IMG/VR virus record: IMGVR_UViG_3300037706_000012 | Span: 1 to 46,742 of that record | From: a virus | Taxonomy: Duplodnaviria > Caudoviricetes | Reading direction: 5' to 3' (one strand) | DNA length: 46,742 nucleotides | Shown: positions 46,413-46,742 of the stretch, piece by piece | Position numbering within the stretch: the first letter of the stretch is position 1 | How the letters are laid out: each line of letters opens with the position of its first letter | Notes under the pieces: model-generated | Databases searched by the model: none | Told to the model about the DNA's origin: nothing | What the model saw: only the letters and a program-made list of their open reading frames with translations | Made by a program: the position numbers and the translations under genes

Positions 46413-46642
46413 AGGTTCAGATCGTCGAGACCATCGAGATCACGGACGAGCAGCGCTTCAAGCTGGGCGCACTGCTGTCCGAGAAGGTGAAGCCCAAGCG
46501 GCAGGCCACACGCGACGAGATCAAGAAGTTTGCGTGGCTGCGCGGGTCCTCCTGGCACGACGCGCTGGAGAGCGAGTGGGACTCCGTGTTCGGCGAAGAG
46601 GAAGAGCCTGTGGAAGAGCTGGACCTCGGGGACCTGATCTGA
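46409..46642 (+). CDS. Hypothetical protein with acidic C-terminus
   Basis: GGAG RBS; ends EELDLGDLI. Confidence 0.75.
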   Translation: MKVQIVETIEITDEQRFKLGALLSEKVKPKRQATRDEIKKFAWLRGSSWHDALESEWDSVFGEEEEPVEELDLGDLI

Positions 46643-46742
46643 TGGCCAGTTACTACGAGCTGAATCAGGAGCTCGCACGCAAGGAGCAGAATCGCCGGCG
46701 CACTGACGACCGGCCGGTCGAGAACGACGAGGACGAGGACTG
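46642..46742 (+). CDS. Hypothetical ORF running to the window edge
   Basis: TGATG coupling; MASYYELNQELARKEQNRRR...; last codon incomplete (TG). Confidence 0.5.
   Translation, partial: MASYYELNQELARKEQNRRRTDDRPVENDEDED

Noticed and set aside
46642-46742. Terminal ORF joining in frame to ORF 11..571 if the window is circularised
   Set aside because: One-in-three chance coincidence; the final TG may be a TGA stop, and 1-103 looks like a promoter/leader

Overview
High-GC tailed dsDNA phage sequence, probably an actinobacterial siphovirus. The window looks like most or all of a circularly permuted genome. A minus-strand virion and lysis operon (about 33.3 kb down to 10.3 kb) runs terS, terL, portal, MuF-like protein, protease/scaffold, DUF2190, major capsid, head-tail connectors, major tail, tail chaperones, tape measure, two minor tail proteins, membrane proteins, M15 endolysin and holin. 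Plus-strand early/replication genes (33.8 kb to the end, and 1-10.2 kb) include a BldC-like regulator, VRR-NUC, C5 DNA methyltransferase, SNF2 helicase, HNH, VapE-type primase/helicase, dCMP deaminase, DUF2800 exonuclease, NlpC/P60, DUF2815 SSB, family A DNA polymerase and DUF932. No integrase, tRNA or CRISPR array was recognised. Most notable: (1) a probable thymidine-modification module (aGPT-Pplase1/HMUDK-helical protein, thymidylate-synthase-like/Nmad1 fusion, MazG-like protein, distant dCMP deaminase) with no recognisable downstream transferase; (2) six unrelated plus-strand proteins ending in an acidic ...LI-COOH tail; (3) a near-canonical BldC in frame with a 15x tetrapeptide-repeat protein; (4) a counter-oriented five-minigene cassette with its own promoter and terminator between the tail chaperone and tape measure genes; (5) a four-member promoter family and a repeat-rich ori/pac-like intergenic region. 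All family calls come from motif recognition by eye, not database searches.
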